Shown: one piece after another, positions 41,454-52,203 of the stretch
Numbering within the stretch: the first letter of the stretch is position 1
Layout: each line of letters begins with the position of its first letter
NCBI GenBank assembly: GCA_902545825.1
Contig: CACCHS010000002.1
Coordinates: forward strand, 334-64,333
DNA length: 64,000 nt
Source of the DNA: an uncultured Pelagibacteraceae bacterium
GTDB lineage: Bacteria > Pseudomonadota > Alphaproteobacteria > Pelagibacterales > Pelagibacteraceae
Direction: 5' to 3'
Notes under the pieces: generated by a model
What the model was told of the DNA's origin: nothing
Seen by the model: only the letters and a program-made list of their open reading frames with translations
Database searches by the model: none
Program-made: the position numbers and the translations under genes

Positions 41454-42209
41454 TTATTTCTTGTCTGAAGCTTTTTTATCAGCAGGAGCTTTTTTATCAT
41501 CGCTTTTTTTTGTATCGTCTTTTTTCTCGCCTTTATCTGATTCTGGTGATGCTGCCTTAGCTTCTCCGTCAGTGCCCTCTGCTGCTGCAGCTTCTCCCTC
41601 AGTGCCCTCAGCTCCTTCCGCAGCCTCTGCAGGCTTCTCGGGTTCTTTAATTACAGTTGGTGCAGCAAGTGTTGCCACTACAAAATCTCTTCCTCTAATT
41701 GTCGGTTCAACATTTTCTGGAAGTTTAATTGAGGAAATTTTGAAACTTTGACCAATATCCACACCATTTAGATCGACAATTAACTCTGATGGAATATTTT
41801 CTGTGGGGCAATTTAATTCTACTTTTCTTCTTACTATATTAAGAACACCACCTCTTTTTAAACCAGGCGAATTTTCTGAATTAATAAATTTAACTGGAAT
41901 TTCAAGTTTAACTTTTCCTCCTTTTACAATTCTCAAAAAATCAACATGTATTGGTTCATCAGTAACCGTATCAAAAACCACTTCTCTTGGTAAAACATTT
42001 AAATCTTTTCCCTCAATCTTAATATTAATTATATTTGATAAGAAATTCTCTTTATCTATAAATGTTTTAAGAATTTTTTTTGAAAAAGATATATTTTGAT
42101 TTTTCTCTTTACCGCCATAAATAACAGCAGGAATTTCACCCTTAGCCCTTAATGTATTAAGGTCACCTCTTGTTTTTGTTACTCTTAAGTTTGCTTCAAT
42201 CGAATTCAT
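41454..42209 (-). CDS. rplY: 50S ribosomal protein bL25/Ctc with low-complexity C-terminal tail
   Basis: IPAVIYG, HVDF, SPGLKRGG. Confidence 0.96.
   Translation of the reverse strand: MNSIEANLRVTKTRGDLNTLRAKGEIPAVIYGGKEKNQNISFSKKILKTFIDKENFLSNIINIKIEGKDLNVLPREVVFDTVTDEPIHVDFLRIVKGGKVKLEIPVKFINSENSPGLKRGGVLNIVRRKVELNCPTENIPSELIVDLNGVDIGQSFKISSIKLPENVEPTIRGRDFVVATLAAPTVIKEPEKPAEAAEGAEGTEGEAAAAEGTDGEAKAASPESDKGEKKDDTKKSDDKKAPADKKASDKK
41559..41609. repeat. Imperfect 21-bp direct repeat with 30-bp period in the rplY tail
   Basis: AGCTTCTCCGTCAGTGCCCTC (41559-41579) and AGCTTCTCCCTCAGTGCCCTC (41589-41609), encoding EGT[DE]GEA. Confidence 0.8.
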
Positions 42210-42221
42210 AAAAATAAACGC

Positions 42222-42250
42222 GTTTTAACCCAACTCATTTAATAACTCAA
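42222..42250 (-). promoter_or_regulatory. Putative sigma70 promoter of rplY-pth-ychF
   Basis: Minus strand TTGAGT-17 bp-TAAAAC followed by a GC-rich discriminator-like GCG. Confidence 0.45.
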
Positions 42251-42255
42251 GTAAA

Positions 42256-43188
42256 TTATTTGAACAAATCCGAAACCGATGTGGAATTTGAAATTCTTTT
42301 TAAAGCCTCTCCAAGTAAATTAGATATGCTCAATACTTCAATGTTTTTTGCATTTTTTAATTTTTTAGAATTATCAATTGTATCTGTTATTACTAAATTT
42401 TTTATTGGAGAATTTCTAATTTTTTTGACCGCATCTCCACTAAGTACTCCATGGGTAATGTAAACATGAATTTCTTTGGCACCTTTACTTTTTAACATTT
42501 TTGCAGCGTTTACAATTGTTCCTCCAGAGTCAATTATGTCATCAACCATAATACATATTTTATTTTTCACATCTCCAATGATATTCATAACCTCTGATTT
42601 TCCAGGAGCAGGTCTTCTCTTATCCACAATGGCTAAATTAACATTTAAAAGTTTACTCAATCCTCTTGTTCTTGCTACCCCTCCAACATCAGGTGAAACA
42701 CAAACAATATTATTTAATTTTAATTTCTTTTTAATATGTCTAAAAAATATTGGCGTAGCATATAAGTTGTCTACTGGAATATCAAAAAATCCTTGAATTT
42801 GTCCTGCATGCAAATCAACAGTCACAACTCTATCTGCACCAGCCTTGGTTATAAGGTTCGATATAAGCTTTGCGGATATAGAAGTTCTTGGAACTACTTT
42901 TCGATCCTGTCTTGCATAACCAAAATAGGGAATTACTGCAGTAATATTTTTTGCTGATGATCTTTTCAAAGCATCGATACATAATAGCATTTCAAGCAGA
43001 TTATCGTTAGCAGGTGATGATATAGATTGAACCAAAAAAATATTATTACCTCTAATATTTTCATTAATCTCTACATATATTTCACCATCAGAAAATTTTC
43101 TTATATTTGAATTAACAAGTTTTGTTTTAAGATATTTTGATAACTTAACGCTTAAATGTTTATTACTATTTCCGGTTAATAATTTCAT
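42256..43188 (-). CDS. prs: Ribose-phosphate pyrophosphokinase
   Basis: FSDGE, PYFGYARQDRK, DLHAGQIQGFF, VDDIIDSGGT. Confidence 0.98.
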   Translation of the reverse strand: MKLLTGNSNKHLSVKLSKYLKTKLVNSNIRKFSDGEIYVEINENIRGNNIFLVQSISSPANDNLLEMLLCIDALKRSSAKNITAVIPYFGYARQDRKVVPRTSISAKLISNLITKAGADRVVTVDLHAGQIQGFFDIPVDNLYATPIFFRHIKKKLKLNNIVCVSPDVGGVARTRGLSKLLNVNLAIVDKRRPAPGKSEVMNIIGDVKNKICIMVDDIIDSGGTIVNAAKMLKSKGAKEIHVYITHGVLSGDAVKKIRNSPIKNLVITDTIDNSKKLKNAKNIEVLSISNLLGEALKRISNSTSVSDLFK

Positions 43189-43197
43189 TGAGATAAC

Positions 43198-43953
43198 CTA
43201 ATTAATCATAATTAATGAGAGATTTCTACCATAATCATTTTCTTTTTTTTTCAGTGATCTTCTTGCACTAAAATAAGTATTTACCCCTGAAAAGGTGTTT
43301 TTATTAATAAGTTTAATTTTTTTTATCCCAAGCTTTTTCATCTCTAATATAATGTACTGTTTGAGATTAAAAAAATATTTTTTATTTTTAGATTTAAAAA
43401 AAATTTTATTTTTTTTATCTTTTTTAAGAAATTTTTTTAAAAAATCATCTTTTACTTCGTAACTATTTTGCGATATACAAGGTCCAATTATAATTTCAAG
43501 ACTTTCAACTTTTGATCCTTCTTTAATAAAAAAATTGGTCACATTTCTAACTATTCCACTTAACGCCCCCCTCCAGCCTGCATGTATTACTGAAATTATC
43601 TCTTTATTTGGATCAAATAAAACTATTGGTGCACAATCGGCCGTTAACACTCCTATAGGGGTATTAATTTGTTTGGTTATTAATGCATCACACTTAAATC
43701 TACTTTTGATTGATTTATTCTTAATAAAATAAAATTTATTGCTATGAATTTGTTTTGGTAAATGAATTTTTCTTGTATTTGATTTTAGTTTTTTTAATAC
43801 AATATTTAAATTTTTTTTTATATTGTTTTTTTTATCGTTTGATCCGACTCCACAATTTAAACTTTTATAAATTCCTTTTGAGACACCTCCTTTCGATCCA
43901 AAAAACCCATATGTAACACTCCTTTGGGACGATAATTTTTTTGTCTTAATCAA
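43198..43953 (-). CDS. pgeF: YfiH/PgeF family protein
   Basis: SLNCG, QIHS, TADCAPI, HAGWRG, GPCI, YFSARR. Confidence 0.92.
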   Translation of the reverse strand: MIKTKKLSSQRSVTYGFFGSKGGVSKGIYKSLNCGVGSNDKKNNIKKNLNIVLKKLKSNTRKIHLPKQIHSNKFYFIKNKSIKSRFKCDALITKQINTPIGVLTADCAPIVLFDPNKEIISVIHAGWRGALSGIVRNVTNFFIKEGSKVESLEIIIGPCISQNSYEVKDDFLKKFLKKDKKNKIFFKSKNKKYFFNLKQYIILEMKKLGIKKIKLINKNTFSGVNTYFSARRSLKKKENDYGRNLSLIMIN

Positions 43954-43955
43954 TT

Positions 43956-45002
43956 TTAAAAACCAATTTTAAATTTAGTTTTGTTATTTGTTAGAAGCAT
44001 CACTTTAAAAACATCACCCATAAATTGTTTTCCAATCAATTTTTCTAACCTATAATAAATATTCGCCTTATCCGAAAAATTCATTTTTTTTGATACCATT
44101 TCTGCTCTTTCAATAATACCTAACTTTTTCAAAAAACTGCCCTGTGTTGTAATTCCAGAAATATTAAATCCAATTTTCTTTGCAATTTTTTTTAAAAAAT
44201 CAAAGGGTAAACTATGTGTAATATCACATTTTTTATAATGCTCTAAAATATCGACAATTTTATGGTTTGAAAAACCTCTTAATGTATTTTTCATCTTTTT
44301 GTCGAAATAACCATAATCAATAATCAGAAGACCACCATTTTTTTTTGCAATTATTTTATAAATAGACTTTAAATATTTGATCGTATTTTCAGAAATTTCT
44401 ATAAACGTTTGATTGTTACTTAACTTAACTCCTATTTTTTTATCTAAAGACTTTATATTAGTTTTTTGGTCAACGTAAACTAAACTTTTGTTTCTAGAAA
44501 ATTTTACTTTTCTTTCAAACCATGCTTTATCTTTCTTTAAAAATTGCTTAATAGGAAATGAGTCAAAAAATTCGTTGGCTAAAAATAGACATGGACCGTC
44601 TTTAATTTTTTCCAAATTATTAATCCAAATTATGCTACTATTTTTAATTTTAAATTTCTGTTTTCTTTTTAGATATGGACTTTTCTCATGAATATAAAAA
44701 CAATAATTTTTTTTAAATTGTGAAAACTTATTTAAAGTATTTAAGATATTAAAAGACATTTCTCCATTACCTCCACCCATATCAATAATATTGATTTTTT
44801 TTGGTTTATTTAACTTTTCCCAAAAACTTAAAATCCATATTGCTAGCATCTCTGAAAAGAAAATTGATATATTTGAGGATGTAATAAAATCACCTTTCTT
44901 ACCAAAAGGATCTTTTGACATATAATACCCATCTCTTTTATCATATAATGAATTTTCGATAAATTTATCTATACCGATTATCTTATTTTTATAATCTTTC
45001 AT
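43956..45002 (-). CDS. MidA/NDUFAF7-family SAM-dependent methyltransferase
   Basis: GYY, GDFITS, DMGGGNG, ANEFFD.FP, IDYG, DIT; lgt-midA-pgeF-prs synteny. Confidence 0.88.
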   Translation of the reverse strand: MKDYKNKIIGIDKFIENSLYDKRDGYYMSKDPFGKKGDFITSSNISIFFSEMLAIWILSFWEKLNKPKKINIIDMGGGNGEMSFNILNTLNKFSQFKKNYCFYIHEKSPYLKRKQKFKIKNSSIIWINNLEKIKDGPCLFLANEFFDSFPIKQFLKKDKAWFERKVKFSRNKSLVYVDQKTNIKSLDKKIGVKLSNNQTFIEISENTIKYLKSIYKIIAKKNGGLLIIDYGYFDKKMKNTLRGFSNHKIVDILEHYKKCDITHSLPFDFLKKIAKKIGFNISGITTQGSFLKKLGIIERAEMVSKKMNFSDKANIYYRLEKLIGKQFMGDVFKVMLLTNNKTKFKIGF

Positions 45003-45759
45003 TTTTCTTTATTAAAAAAAATCCAATTGAAAAAAAAATTAGACACAAAATTTGCCCCAGCGTTAGATTGAATAATAAATATCCAATTTGTAGATCTGGT
45101 TCTCTAAAAAATTCAATAAAAAATCTAAAAGTTGAGTAAAACACTAAAAATAATGCAGATATAAAACCTTTTTTTTCTAAAAAATTATTTTTTACAAAAA
45201 TAATTAAGATTAAAAAAAGTATAATACCCTCAAAACCAGCTTCATAAAGTTGTGAAGGATGGCGAGACACGTTATCAACCTTTGCAAAAGTTACGCCCCA
45301 CGAAACAGTTGTCTCTTTTCCATACAATTCAGAGTTTAAAAAATTGGCAACTCTTCCAAAGAAAATACCAATAGGCGCAACTAAAGAAATCAAGTCTAAA
45401 AATATGTAAGGATTGAAATGATTTTTTTTTGAAAATATATAGGTTCCTATAATAACTCCAATTAGCCCCCCATGAAAAGACATACCACCTTTCCATATCA
45501 TAAAAACTTCTGAAAAATTACTTAGATAGTATTGTGGGTTATAGAAAATCACGTAACCCAATCGTCCCCCAAGAATTATACCTAAAATTATATAGGTCAA
45601 GAGGTCATCTAAATTTTTGAAATATTTTTGATCTTTATCTAAAAATTTTTTAATTATCAGCCATCCAAATAAAATTCCAAAAATATATGCTAACGAATAC
45701 CATCTTATTTCTATTGAAAATACGGTAAATGCAACTGGGTCAAAATTATTTATAAACAT
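44989..45759 (-). CDS. lgt: Prolipoprotein diacylglyceryl transferase
   Basis: RWYSLAY, GGRLGY, GGMSFHGG, GRVANF, HPSQLYE. Confidence 0.98.
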   Translation of the reverse strand: MFINNFDPVAFTVFSIEIRWYSLAYIFGILFGWLIIKKFLDKDQKYFKNLDDLLTYIILGIILGGRLGYVIFYNPQYYLSNFSEVFMIWKGGMSFHGGLIGVIIGTYIFSKKNHFNPYIFLDLISLVAPIGIFFGRVANFLNSELYGKETTVSWGVTFAKVDNVSRHPSQLYEAGFEGIILFLILIIFVKNNFLEKKGFISALFLVFYSTFRFFIEFFREPDLQIGYLLFNLTLGQILCLIFFSIGFFLIKKNERL

Positions 45760-45806
45760 TATTTAAAATTATATTATAAGGATATATTAATTTTTTTAAG
45801 CATAAT

Positions 45807-46052
45807 ATGACAAAATCAAAATTCGTAATTGATAAAATTGCTAAATTATTAGAGCAAGGTTTGATATCATACAAAGATCTTAGTAGCGAAATACTCAATA
45901 TTATAAAGTCAAAAAAAGATGAGATTATTTTTAAATTAGATTTATCCACCAAAGAGGAATTAGAAATTGTAAAAAAAAGACTAGAAATACTTGAAAAGAA
46001 ATTAAATAAAAAAAACAAATCGGATAAAATTAAAAAGGTAAAAAAATCTTAA
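45807..46052 (+). CDS. ubiK: UbiK/BMFP-family accessory factor
   Basis: KLDLSTKEELE (LDLVxREEF-like) + coiled coil; divergent from lgt as in many alphaproteobacteria. Confidence 0.7.
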   Translation: MTKSKFVIDKIAKLLEQGLISYKDLSSEILNIIKSKKDEIIFKLDLSTKEELEIVKKRLEILEKKLNKKNKSDKIKKVKKS

Positions 46053-47343
46053 CTCTTAACCCACCCAAACTTGAGTTTTCCAACTTAATACTACCGCCAT
46101 GTGATTGTATCATGTCTGATGCTATTGACATCCCAAGACCAACACTTGATTTAGAATCTCCTCTGCTTTTATCTATTTTGTAAAATGGTTTGAAAACATT
46201 TTCTCGTTCTTTTTCAGGTATACCTATGCCGTTATCATCTATATTAATTACAATATTGTTTGCACTTTTTTTAATATCAATTACTACTTTATCACTATAT
46301 TTTAGTGCATTATCGATAAAATTACTTAACGATCTTTTTATAAGGCTTTTTCTTCCTATAAAAAGAATTTCAGATTTTTTTTCAAAGATAATTTTTTTTG
46401 TTTCATACTTGCTTATTGTATTTGATATAAGATCAGAAATATCAAAATTCTCACTTTTCTCATTTGATCTATTGCTAGAAAATTGAAGATACTCATTAAG
46501 CATTTTTTCCATTTCAATGACATCATCAGACAGTTTTTTTTCTATTTCTTTATCTTTAATAAAAGCAAGCTGGAGTTTAATTCTTGTTAATGGTGTTCGT
46601 AAATCATGGCTTATTCCCGATAACATTTCTGATCTTTGATTTAAGTGTCTAATTATACGTTTTCTCATTTTATCAAATTCATATCCAGCTTGTCTTATCT
46701 CTAATGCTCCTGAGGGTCTATATTCTCCAATATCTTCACCTCGACCAAATCTTTCAGATGCTTTTGCTAAATTTATAATAGGCCTAGTTTGATTTTTTAA
46801 AAAAATTAGTGCTACAATAATTAATAAAAATGCTGGCAAGGTAATCCATAAAGCAAAAATTCTTGCAGATGAATTAGCTACTCTGTCTTTTGGAATAACA
46901 AACTGAAAATATCCATTTAGATATTTAATTTTTAAATCAATAAAATCCTTTAAAGAAGTTGTATCAAACCAATAATTTGAAAATTCTGATTTAAGTTCTC
47001 TTCTTAATGTTCTATCCATTGGGCTAAACCATCTCTCTAAATCCTCTTTTGGTAATACTGAATGAGGAAGATAATCTACTTTTACATTATGTGACTCAAA
47101 AAAAAGTTTTGTAAGAGAATCCTTATTATATTGTTCATTATCATAAGCATCTATAAAAAATTTAATTTCACCAATCAAGGCCCTAGTCATTCCTTTATTA
47201 GTTTTTATCCAAAGACTATCAAAAAAAACAATTGATATTGTTATTTGTAGAATAATTATTGGTGCAGCAACAATTAATAATGCTCTATAAAATAATTGTT
47301 TAGGTAATAATTTTTTTATAAAACTATTCAATCCATAAAACAT
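46030..47343 (-). CDS. envZ: EnvZ-like sensor histidine kinase
   Basis: Two TMs, HAMP, SHDLRTPLTR, N box, DDNGIGI, GLGMSI. Confidence 0.88.
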   Translation of the reverse strand: MFYGLNSFIKKLLPKQLFYRALLIVAAPIIILQITISIVFFDSLWIKTNKGMTRALIGEIKFFIDAYDNEQYNKDSLTKLFFESHNVKVDYLPHSVLPKEDLERWFSPMDRTLRRELKSEFSNYWFDTTSLKDFIDLKIKYLNGYFQFVIPKDRVANSSARIFALWITLPAFLLIIVALIFLKNQTRPIINLAKASERFGRGEDIGEYRPSGALEIRQAGYEFDKMRKRIIRHLNQRSEMLSGISHDLRTPLTRIKLQLAFIKDKEIEKKLSDDVIEMEKMLNEYLQFSSNRSNEKSENFDISDLISNTISKYETKKIIFEKKSEILFIGRKSLIKRSLSNFIDNALKYSDKVVIDIKKSANNIVINIDDNGIGIPEKERENVFKPFYKIDKSRGDSKSSVGLGMSIASDMIQSHGGSIKLENSSLGGLRVKIFLPF

Positions 47344-48001
47344 AACCAGATCCTCGTATTGTTTGTAGATATTTTGGTTTTTTTGAGTCTATTTCTATTT
47401 TTTTTCTTAATCTTGTAATTATTACATCAACAGATCTCTCTTTATCTATATCAATTAAGTTGCCAATATAGTCTCGTGAAAAAATTTCTCCTGGTGAGTT
47501 TATCATTTTTTCTAAAATAATTTTTTCAGTATTATTAATTTTAAATTGTTCTGATTTTTTTTGAATTATAAGTTTATTCAAATCAATTGTAATATTATCA
47601 AATTCTATGAGTCTTTTTGTATTTCTAATTTTTGTTTTCATTAATATATTTTTAATTCTCAGAACTAGCTCTCTAGGTTCAAAGGGCTTTGGTAAGTAAT
47701 CGTCAGCACCCATCTCTAGACCCTCGATTCGCTCATCAGGCTGACCTTTTGCAGTCAAAAGAATTACTGGAGTATTAATTTTACCTCTATTTTGTGAGAT
47801 AAAATCTAAGCCACTTTGACCTGGCATCATTATATCTAGGACAATTAAATCAAATTTTATTACAAGTATTTTCTCTTGAGCATCCTCTGCACTACTAGCT
47901 GTAGTTATTAAAAAATTTTTTTCAGACAGATATTTTTTTAATAAATTTCTTATTCCATCATCATCATCTACAACTAATATATGTGCTTCAAATTTTTTCA
48001 T
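47324..48001 (-). CDS. ompR: OmpR-family response regulator (OmpR/PetR-like)
   Basis: VVDDD, LDIMMPG, GADDYLPKPF, RSVDV.ITRLR. Confidence 0.88.
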   Translation of the reverse strand: MKKFEAHILVVDDDDGIRNLLKKYLSEKNFLITTASSAEDAQEKILVIKFDLIVLDIMMPGQSGLDFISQNRGKINTPVILLTAKGQPDERIEGLEMGADDYLPKPFEPRELVLRIKNILMKTKIRNTKRLIEFDNITIDLNKLIIQKKSEQFKINNTEKIILEKMINSPGEIFSRDYIGNLIDIDKERSVDVIITRLRKKIEIDSKKPKYLQTIRGSGYVLWIE

Positions 48002-48431
48002 TAATTATTTTTTTAATTACATTATTAAAATTATTTACCTCATTCGATGTAGAATTTAAAAGAGCATTATAAATTCTTTTTTTTTGGGCCGAGAAAATTT
48101 CTTCAAAAATTTTTATCCCCTTTTTTGTCAGGTAAACATGCTTAAATCTTGTATCTTTCTCGCCTTTTTTAAATAGTATGATATCTAATTTAATAAGTTC
48201 TTTAATTACTCGATTAAGACTCTGTTTTGTTATTTTGAGCTTTTTTAAAAGATTAGAAATTGTTATTCCTTCATTGATAGAAATTATATGTATCACCTTG
48301 TGATGAGCTATTCCCAACGAGTGTTTATCAAGTGTTTTTTTTGCGTCATTAAATGACTCTCTATAGCTTACAAAAAGCTTCTCTATAAACTCTTTTAAAT
48401 GATCATCTTTTAAATATAAAAGATCTTTCAT
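47988..48431 (-). CDS. MarR-family regulator (PetP-like)
   Basis: LGIAHH, LKITKQSLNRV, D.R...YLT..G; conserved ilvE/marR-ompR arrangement. Confidence 0.9.
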   Translation of the reverse strand: MKDLLYLKDDHLKEFIEKLFVSYRESFNDAKKTLDKHSLGIAHHKVIHIISINEGITISNLLKKLKITKQSLNRVIKELIKLDIILFKKGEKDTRFKHVYLTKKGIKIFEEIFSAQKKRIYNALLNSTSNEVNNFNNVIKKIINEKI

Positions 48432-48450
48432 ATTGGTAAGTTATATTGAC

Positions 48451-48487
48451 ATATTATATTTAGAAAGATATTTTTTTAATATAATAT
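48451..48487. promoter_or_regulatory. Inverted repeat in the marR/ilvE divergent spacer, adjacent to TTGACA
   Basis: ATATTATATT (48451-48460) / AATATAATAT (48478-48487); TTGACA at 48446-48451. Confidence 0.4.
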
Positions 48488-48496
48488 ATTTTTCTT

Positions 48497-49378
48497 ATGA
48501 TACCTTACGATAAAAGATCTGGTAAAATTTGGTATAATGACAGTCTAGTAGATTGGGGCGATGTTAAACTACACGTTCTCAGCCATGGTTTGCATTATGC
48601 TAGCTGTGTATTTGAAGGTGAAAGAGTTTATGACGGAGCTATTTTTAAACTTGAAGAGCACACAGAGAGATTTTTTTATTCAGCAAAAAGAATGGGTTTT
48701 ACGATACCGTTCACACAAGATCAAATAAATGAAGCTAGTAAAAAAATTATATCTATACAAAAAGTAAGCAATGGTTATGTGAGGCCAGTTGCTTGGCGTG
48801 GAAGTGAAATGATGGCAATATCCGCTCAACAAACAAAAATTCATGTTGCAATTGCAACATGGGAGTGGGGCTCATACTTTGACCCAAAATTAAAAACAGA
48901 AGGTATTAAATTAAATATTTCAAAATGGAAAAGACCATCGCCCGAGTCAATTCCCTGGGACACAAAGGCTGCTGGTTTATATATGATATGTACTTTGTCT
49001 AAACATGATGCAGAGAGTCAAGGTTATACAGACTCTTTAATGCTCGATCACGAAGGTAAGGTTGCAGAGGCAACTGGCGCAAATATTTTTTTTAAGGATA
49101 AAGATGGTAATTTACATACCCCAACCCCAGATTCTTTCTTAGATGGAATAACAAGACGTACGATTATTGAAATAGCAAAAACAAAAAATATTAAAGTATT
49201 TGAGAGAAAGATAGAGGTATTAGAATTATCAAATTTTGTTGGGTGTTTTCTGACAGGTACCGCCGCAGAGGTGACACCAGTTTCATCGATTGATAAATTT
49301 AATTTCAAAGTATGTAATACTATTATGGAGCTTTCTAAAAGCTATCAAGATATTGTAAGAAAGAAAATCGCTGCTTAA
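48497..49378 (+). CDS. ilvE: Branched-chain amino acid aminotransferase
   Basis: HGLHYASCVFEG, KAAGLY, EATGAN, LDGITR, GTAAEVTP. Confidence 0.96.
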   Translation: MIPYDKRSGKIWYNDSLVDWGDVKLHVLSHGLHYASCVFEGERVYDGAIFKLEEHTERFFYSAKRMGFTIPFTQDQINEASKKIISIQKVSNGYVRPVAWRGSEMMAISAQQTKIHVAIATWEWGSYFDPKLKTEGIKLNISKWKRPSPESIPWDTKAAGLYMICTLSKHDAESQGYTDSLMLDHEGKVAEATGANIFFKDKDGNLHTPTPDSFLDGITRRTIIEIAKTKNIKVFERKIEVLELSNFVGCFLTGTAAEVTPVSSIDKFNFKVCNTIMELSKSYQDIVRKKIAA

Positions 49379-49959
49379 TTTTTATTATCTTCAGAAATAG
49401 CGTGGTCGATACCTTTTCTCAAATAATCATAACCTGTATAAAGTGTCAGAAAAGCTGACAGCCAGAGTAAAACCATCCCAATTGTTTGAGCATTATAGTC
49501 TTGAAAATTAATTAATTTATTCCCAGTTTCACCAGTAAGCAAAAGTGCAATAGAAAACATTTGAAGAAAAGTTTTTAATTTTGCTAAATTAGAGACAGGA
49601 AGTTTAATTTGTCCTTTAGCTAAAAATTCTCTTAAACCTGATATCAGAATTTCTCTGGTTAAAATAATAATTGCAGCGATAACTTCATAATTTCTAATTG
49701 TTCCATCCATTACTAACAAAATAAGTGCTGTAGCAACAATAATTTTGTCTGCAATTGGGTCTAATAGCTCTCCTAATTTAGACTCTTCTTTGAACATTCT
49801 AGCTAATAGTCCATCAAGAAAATCAGTAAAAGAAGCCACTAAAAACAAAACGAATGGTATTAAATCTCCGTAAAAACCAGGAAGATAAAATGCAAAAACA
49901 AAAATTGGTACTATTATAATTCTTCCTATAGTCAAGTAATTTGGAATTTTTATTTTCAT
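49375..49959 (-). CDS. pgsA: CDP-diacylglycerol--glycerol-3-phosphate phosphatidyltransferase
   Basis: [15 protein letters not shown]...[17 protein letters not shown]; follows uvrC. Confidence 0.95.
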   Translation of the reverse strand: MKIKIPNYLTIGRIIIVPIFVFAFYLPGFYGDLIPFVLFLVASFTDFLDGLLARMFKEESKLGELLDPIADKIIVATALILLVMDGTIRNYEVIAAIIILTREILISGLREFLAKGQIKLPVSNLAKLKTFLQMFSIALLLTGETGNKLINFQDYNAQTIGMVLLWLSAFLTLYTGYDYLRKGIDHAISEDNKN

Positions 49960-51791
49960 TCGTGGAAAAAATTATAAATTTTTTTTGCTACCTTTTCTTC
50001 AACTCCGTCAACTGATTGAATCTCGTCTAAACTTGCTGATTCAACAGCTCGAGCTGATCCAAAATGATTTAATAATGCTCTTTTTCTAATTGATCCAATT
50101 CCCTCGATTTGATCAAGCAAAGAACTAGTCATACCTTTCTTTCTTTTAGCTCTATGTGCACTCACTGCAAATCTATGCGCTTCGTCCCTAATTCTTTGCA
50201 AGAAAAATAAAGTTGGATCGTTTTTTTCAAATTTAATCTCTTTTCCGTTGTGAAAAAAAACCTCATTACCACTGTTTCTCAGTTTACCTTTTGCTATAGC
50301 TATCACGGGGATATCATGAAGTCCAAGTTCATTAAGACTTGATCTTGCACTTGAATATTGACCTTTACCACCATCTATTAAAACAAGATCAGGAAAAGTT
50401 AGATAGTTATCTTTTTCTTGAAGCGCTCTTTTAAATCTTCTTTCTAAAACTTCTTTAATCATACCATAATCATCTTGACTGTTTTCTCTAATTTTAATAT
50501 TAAATTTTCTGTATCTTTTTTTAATAAATCCTTCTTCTCCATATGTTATTAAAGCACCAACACTATTTGTGCCTTGAATATGGCTATTATCATAAACTTC
50601 AATTAAATTAATGTTTGTTTCTAAATTAAATTTTTTAGCTACTGACTCAAACAATTCTTTATTATTTTGGCTTTCGTAAAGTTTTCTACTTAAACTATCC
50701 TTTGCATTTTTAATTGCTTGATTGATTACTTTTAAATTTGATCCTTTTTTTGCTACAGAAATATTAATTTGCTTATCCTCTTTTTTTGATAGAGTTTTTT
50801 CAATTAGGTCTTTTTCTCTTATATTTTCAGAAAGAATTATTGATGTGGGAACACTTTTATTTTCATAAAATTGAGATACGAATGAGTTTAATATTTCACT
50901 AAGATTTTCCTCAGCATCGTGTTTGGGATAAAAAGCTTGGTTTCCCCAATTTTGTTTTGATCTATAAAAAAAAACTTGAATACAGGTTTTTCCAGATTCT
51001 TTATAACCAGCAATTACATCTGCTTCTACGAGATTTGCCTCATTTACTCTTTGAGAAGACTGAATAATATTCAGTGATTTAATTCTATCTCTTAAAATTG
51101 TTGCCTTTTCAAAATCAAGTTCCTCACTAGCTTTTTCCATTTGCTGAGAAAGATTTTTTTGTATCTTTCTTGATTTCCCTGATACAAATTCTATGGCATC
51201 TTCAACTGATTGTTTATAATCCTTTTCCTCAATAAACCCTACGCAAGGAGCTGAACATCTCTTTATTTGATATAAGATACAAGGTCTTTCTCTATTTTTA
51301 AATACTGTGTCATCGCACACTCTAAGATGAAAAATTTTTTGAATCATCTTAATTGTCCAATTTGCAGATCCAGCTGATGCAAATGGACCAAAGAAAAATC
51401 CTTTTTTTTCTTTTTTACCTCTATGTCTTTTAATTTGAGGCCATGTATCTTCTTTACCAATAAAAATAAATGGAAAAGATTTATCATCACGTAAAAGAAT
51501 ATTAAATTTTGGTTTATGTTTTTTAATTAAATTTGCTTCAAGTAATAAGGCTTCGCTTTCATTAGAAGTAGTTGTTATTTCAATTTTTTTGGTTTGTGAC
51601 AACATTCGTTCTGTTCTAATTATGTGATTTTTTTCTGACACATAGCTTTTTAATCTATTTGGTAAATTCTTAGCTTTTCCGACATATAAAATTTCATTTT
51701 TTGAATTAATCATTTTATAAACACCCGGGAGCTTAGGTATTAATGCTAGTTCTTTTTTGATTACTTCTTTTCCTATCTCAGAGCTGATCAT
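49956..51791 (-). CDS. uvrC: Excinuclease ABC subunit C
   Basis: GIY-YIG (PGVY..YVGKA), Cys cluster, [20 protein letters not shown], HhH. Confidence 0.98.
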   Translation of the reverse strand: MISSEIGKEVIKKELALIPKLPGVYKMINSKNEILYVGKAKNLPNRLKSYVSEKNHIIRTERMLSQTKKIEITTTSNESEALLLEANLIKKHKPKFNILLRDDKSFPFIFIGKEDTWPQIKRHRGKKEKKGFFFGPFASAGSANWTIKMIQKIFHLRVCDDTVFKNRERPCILYQIKRCSAPCVGFIEEKDYKQSVEDAIEFVSGKSRKIQKNLSQQMEKASEELDFEKATILRDRIKSLNIIQSSQRVNEANLVEADVIAGYKESGKTCIQVFFYRSKQNWGNQAFYPKHDAEENLSEILNSFVSQFYENKSVPTSIILSENIREKDLIEKTLSKKEDKQINISVAKKGSNLKVINQAIKNAKDSLSRKLYESQNNKELFESVAKKFNLETNINLIEVYDNSHIQGTNSVGALITYGEEGFIKKRYRKFNIKIRENSQDDYGMIKEVLERRFKRALQEKDNYLTFPDLVLIDGGKGQYSSARSSLNELGLHDIPVIAIAKGKLRNSGNEVFFHNGKEIKFEKNDPTLFFLQRIRDEAHRFAVSAHRAKRKKGMTSSLLDQIEGIGSIRKRALLNHFGSARAVESASLDEIQSVDGVEEKVAKKIYNFFHE

Positions 51792-52203
51792 AGCTTCTTT
51801 TTTTTGATATTTGTATTCCGACAGAGGAACAATCTTTCATTACCTCTAGTTTTTCAATTTTAAGAGATATTTTGCCAATTCGTTTATCTTTAAATAATTC
51901 ATCAAATACATCTTCGGCTAAAGTTTCAAGAAAATTATAATGTCTATTTTTAACAAGTTTTTTTACTAATCTTACAAGTTTAGCGTAATTTACTATAGAT
52001 TTTAAATCTTTATCATTTGTTGGTTTTTTATCTTCATAATTTGCTTCTAAACTAAACTTTACTTTTTGAGGTTTTTCTTTTTCAAAGTCATAATAGCCTA
52101 ACTTAAGATTTAAAATTAATTCACTAATAATAACTTTTTTTTCGTAATTAAATAGACTTTTACTTTTATTTAATTTTATGATCTTAAAATTATTTTTTTT
52201 CAT
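51778..52203 (-). CDS. folB: Dihydroneopterin aldolase family protein
   Basis: [24 protein letters not shown]; start set at ATG 52203 (ATGA overlap with the SDR gene). Confidence 0.85.
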   Translation of the reverse strand: MKKNNFKIIKLNKSKSLFNYEKKVIISELILNLKLGYYDFEKEKPQKVKFSLEANYEDKKPTNDKDLKSIVNYAKLVRLVKKLVKNRHYNFLETLAEDVFDELFKDKRIGKISLKIEKLEVMKDCSSVGIQISKKRSYDQL

